From: Candidatus Saccharimonadota bacterium
Lineage (GTDB): Bacteria > Patescibacteriota > Saccharimonadia > Saccharimonadales > Saccharimonadaceae
Direction: 5' to 3'
NCBI GenBank assembly: GCA_905372855.1
Contig: CAJPQF010000001.1
Location: 1,521-65,520 of the forward strand
DNA: 64,000 nt
The translations under genes and the position numbers were made by a program. Shown in pieces: positions 60,891 to 64,000 of the stretch. Within the stretch, counting starts at the first letter, position 1, and each line of letters starts with the position of its first letter. Below the pieces are notes generated by a model. That model was not told the DNA's origin. It did not search any database and was given only the letters and a program-made list of their open reading frames with translations.

Positions 60891-62933
60891 ATGATTGATA
60901 GATTTCCTAACCTGCCGCGTAGCGGTGATAGCAAAGCAGAAATGCCGCACGCTGATGGCGATTCGCTTCTTGATCCAGATTTAGAAAGCACACTCCGCCA
61001 GGAGGGGTTTCTAGCCTTTACTAATGGTAAAAAGATGAGGCAAGTTGCAGAAAGACTGCGAGAAGAAAAGCCCGACGAGTTTGATATAGCCGAACAAATG
61101 GCTGAGGCTATTCGCGTATCTTTGGATGATTACAAAGATCCGGAGGAGGGCTGGAGGCCTCGAGAAAGAAGCGAGAGACTGCTGGCGATTTTTGACGTTA
61201 TGGCGAACCTGGCTACTCCTGAGAAGATGGGGCGGTTCTTAAGCAGCGATGCAGCCGCAAGTTTAACGGATGAGTGGGGTGATGACAAGCTAAATGCATT
61301 GCTGCAGAGATATGGGAGTCTAGGCGATTCGTATCATCGGGAAAAGAATCCGGGAGATTCAAAGAAGCTGAAATTGTTGACCCGGTATGTTTTAGGGAGA
61401 ACGGTTGACGAGGGGGAAGAGAGAGTAGCACAGTATGTTCTGGGGAGAACAGTTAATGAGGGAGAAGGTGGAGCAGTGCAAGTAGCCGAGGAAACGAGGC
61501 GAGGAACGGAAACTATACAAGATAATATTACGCATCAGAAAGCTGAACGAGAACGAGAAGGTGCGTTTAATGAGCAGCTAGATGGGTTCGTCGTGGCTAT
61601 CTTCTCCGATCCAAATAAATGTTTTGGCGAGATTGTAAGTAAAGAATTTGAGATAGATGTGCCAGATGCAGATAGGTATAGTGAAAACGTTAAAAGCCGC
61701 TGTGCTGATGCATATTTGAAAGCAACGGCAATTGAAGGCTCAGATCCGCAACTTCATGATCGTGCAGTTCTTGCTTTGTCGGAGGTCTTTCATGAAAAAT
61801 TAGCAGAGCGCAGCAAAGAAGAGCGCGGCGACGAAGTGTGGTGGCAGAACTACCCTTATATTCGCCATAACTTAGCAATGATCATCCCAGACGTCGAATC
61901 ATACGAAGAACTTGTTCGTCAATATCCAGGTCTGGAAGAAAATAATGAGATATATGAAGATTGGAAAAAATCATTCATAGAGTTGCGCTTGAAAGAAAGC
62001 GCGTTGCAGGAAGTCGACCCTTCGGTGCTTGGGTTGCTTCGTGAAGCCGATGTCTCCTGCCTTGATATAGAAGTAGAGCAGATGTATGTCAAGTATACCA
62101 GTAGGGCGGATTTATATAGCGACTTGGAGAAGTATTTTATTGGTCCAATTGATAGTGAAAACAGTGTGAATATATGGGGTTGTCGAAGCAACAGTAATAT
62201 TCTTCAAGAGGATATAATTGAGCCGCTGAATCAATTTGTAGAGGAGGGTTCTTGGCAACCAGGCGAGCATAGGAGGTTTATGCCAAGAAGCGCTGAATAT
62301 CCGGATGCTCCCTACGAATATATAGGAACTTCTTTCGAAGATAGTGTGATAACCATTGATGTTACGAAACAGGAGGACGGTACGTTTGCGTATGCTTTCG
62401 GTATTCGAGGTGATGTAATATCTCGGTTTGCTGCTTTCGTTGGGAAACCTGTTGGACTTTTAAAGCCAACCACTCAAGCTTATGTACGTATAGGTATTGT
62501 AACACGAGATAATAAAGCTGCTGCGGAGCAATTAGAGAATCAGTATCAAGCAATCAAAGACGAGAGACATCCGGATATAACATCAGAACTAGGGACGAAA
62601 ACGTATCGCTATTGGGATTTGCCATACAGCGGTACGCCGAATCATACTACTGCGCACCTGTTGCAGGATTTAGCGGGTGACTCGCAACTATATATGAAAC
62701 GATTTGGGCCGTATAATGATGAATTGCCTATTGAGGCAGATCTGTCCAACTTGCCAGAGGCTCAGCGAATGCTGTGTGCTGTAATAGATGCAAAATCAGG
62801 AGAACTCAAGCGGTTAGATGAGATTGTACCGCATGCGGACATGAGGGTTAAAAATATCCGACCAGACCAAGCTAGGAAGCTAAAAGCTCTTGAATATCTG
62901 CTGTCTATCACACGAACTGACAGAAACTGGTGA
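60891..62933 (+). CDS. acidic 680-aa hypothetical protein
   Basis: TTGACA(60852)-17-TAGCAT promoter; long ORF with no recognised motif. Confidence 0.75.
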   Translation: MIDRFPNLPRSGDSKAEMPHADGDSLLDPDLESTLRQEGFLAFTNGKKMRQVAERLREEKPDEFDIAEQMAEAIRVSLDDYKDPEEGWRPRERSERLLAIFDVMANLATPEKMGRFLSSDAAASLTDEWGDDKLNALLQRYGSLGDSYHREKNPGDSKKLKLLTRYVLGRTVDEGEERVAQYVLGRTVNEGEGGAVQVAEETRRGTETIQDNITHQKAEREREGAFNEQLDGFVVAIFSDPNKCFGEIVSKEFEIDVPDADRYSENVKSRCADAYLKATAIEGSDPQLHDRAVLALSEVFHEKLAERSKEERGDEVWWQNYPYIRHNLAMIIPDVESYEELVRQYPGLEENNEIYEDWKKSFIELRLKESALQEVDPSVLGLLREADVSCLDIEVEQMYVKYTSRADLYSDLEKYFIGPIDSENSVNIWGCRSNSNILQEDIIEPLNQFVEEGSWQPGEHRRFMPRSAEYPDAPYEYIGTSFEDSVITIDVTKQEDGTFAYAFGIRGDVISRFAAFVGKPVGLLKPTTQAYVRIGIVTRDNKAAAEQLENQYQAIKDERHPDITSELGTKTYRYWDLPYSGTPNHTTAHLLQDLAGDSQLYMKRFGPYNDELPIEADLSNLPEAQRMLCAVIDAKSGELKRLDEIVPHADMRVKNIRPDQARKLKALEYLLSITRTDRNW

Positions 62934-62944
62934 TATGCGTTATA

Positions 62945-63022
62945 TGTGCAGGATTCTTTCCGGTGTCCATTGAATATTACAATGATTTCAAGAAGAATGG
63001 CTGAAAGCTTAGTCTTGGCGAT
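62945..63022 (+). pseudogene. lepA: degenerate relic of the start of LepA domain III
   Basis: Translates CAGFFPVSIEYYNDFKKNG*KLSLGD, collinear with LepA YAGxFPVS...Y..........KLSLND. Confidence 0.7.
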
Positions 63023-63110
63023 ATTGATTGACCTCGCTCCTATAGGGCGAGTATACTTGGTTATAAGAAGTAGCTAACGAGATGGGAAGGCTCGTGTGTT
63101 GGGTAGAATT

Positions 63111-64000
63111 ATGGTAAGAATGTCTCGCAGTAACAACATATCATCAGCTAACTTTGAATTTTTGGTTGCGCAAGCTGTCAAGGCGCCATCAGGCCATAAT
63201 ACCCAGCCGTGGAAATTTCGTCAGAACGAGTCGGCAGTAGAAATTCACCCTGATTTTGACAGAAGATTACCGGTGGTCGACCCTGACGACAGGGAGTTGT
63301 TTGTGAGTTTGGGCTGTGCAGTAGAGAATCTTTGCTTGGCGGCGCAAACTAAGGGCTATAAATCTGCCGTTTCGGTTGGTGATACAGGCGTTGTTACGGT
63401 TTCGCTCATGGAAAAGGCGGATATTAAGCCAAATCCATTGTTCAATCAGATAGACGCGCGGCAGACTAACCGCAGTGTTTATAACGGTGAGGAAATTGCC
63501 TTAGATGTACTAAAGAAATTACAATCTATCCGCAGTGAAAAGGGCATTTCGGTTCATTATTACGCGCGTCAAACTAAACAGTTTAATGATATTGAGCAAT
63601 ACGTTCTTCAGGGCAATACGCGTCAAATGCAAAAAGAGGCGTTTAAGGCTGAATTGAAAAGCTGGATGCGATTTAATAAGAAGCATCAAGATCAAACACT
63701 TGATGGGCTGAGTTACGCCGTGTTTGGCGCGCCTAATGTGCCGCGCTGGATGGCTGAGCCGATCATGTCGATGGCTATCAATGCTAAGACGCAGAATAAG
63801 GCCGATCGCGAAAAGATAGCTTCGGCTTCTCATCTGGTTCTTTTTACGACGAGAGAAAATAGTCGGCGCGAATGGGTGGATCTAGGTCGGACGCTGCAGC
63901 GTTTCTTGCTGACTACCACGGAACTTGGGATCTCTCATGCCTATCTGAACCAGCCAAACGAAGAAGCAGAGATTGCCTCAGAGATGGCAAGGACGCTGGG
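63111..64000 (+). CDS. Acg-like FMN nitroreductase family protein (runs off the window)
   Basis: AVKAPSGHNTQPWKF, RRLPVVDPDDRELFVSLGCAVEN, RQTNR; start at 63111 or 63120. Confidence 0.85.
   Translation, partial: MVRMSRSNNISSANFEFLVAQAVKAPSGHNTQPWKFRQNESAVEIHPDFDRRLPVVDPDDRELFVSLGCAVENLCLAAQTKGYKSAVSVGDTGVVTVSLMEKADIKPNPLFNQIDARQTNRSVYNGEEIALDVLKKLQSIRSEKGISVHYYARQTKQFNDIEQYVLQGNTRQMQKEAFKAELKSWMRFNKKHQDQTLDGLSYAVFGAPNVPRWMAEPIMSMAINAKTQNKADREKIASASHLVLFTTRENSRREWVDLGRTLQRFLLTTTELGISHAYLNQPNEEAEIASEMARTL

Noticed and set aside
5505..63004. Stop-codon reassignment explaining the in-frame stops
   Set aside because: The internal stops are of all three types (TAG, TAA, TGA), and each is also used as a normal terminator in conserved genes
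1..64000. CRISPR array, rRNA, tmRNA, integrase or intact transposase
   Set aside because: No regularly spaced repeat-spacer array, rRNA-like block or integrase/transposase ORF seen; all periodic repeats found are protein-coding

Overview
Gene-dense bacterial chromosomal segment in genetic code 11 (TGA is used as stop). Gene content points to Candidatus Saccharibacteria (TM7, CPR); this is an inference, not a database match. Left to right: TylF methyltransferase; ABC/PadR/PspC envelope-stress operon; decayed GT2-ArnT glycosylation locus with an OmpR-type two-component system; dsbA; CIRCE-dnaJ; tRNA-Lys; a competence/recombination/type IV pilus block (comEC, yebC, lamin-tail protein, ruvC, class A PBP, ruvAB, pilin, recA, recX, pilO/N/M, pilC, pilB); aspS plus an accessory tail; trmB; murC; a 1710-aa surface protein; three CAU-anticodon tRNAs; a Y-family polymerase; tilS-ftsH-murJ; then lepA. 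The lepA locus is the most unusual part. It encodes only the G domain and domain II, carries an in-frame palindromic insertion, is followed by a GIY-YIG nuclease and an accessory gene array, and a degenerate relic of the missing domain III start lies about 5.5 kb downstream. Other highlights: a CiaR-box-like direct repeat at three promoters, pervasive leaderless gene starts, an initiator tRNA with only two of the three anticodon-stem G-C pairs, and a disulfide-reductase homolog lacking both catalytic cysteines.
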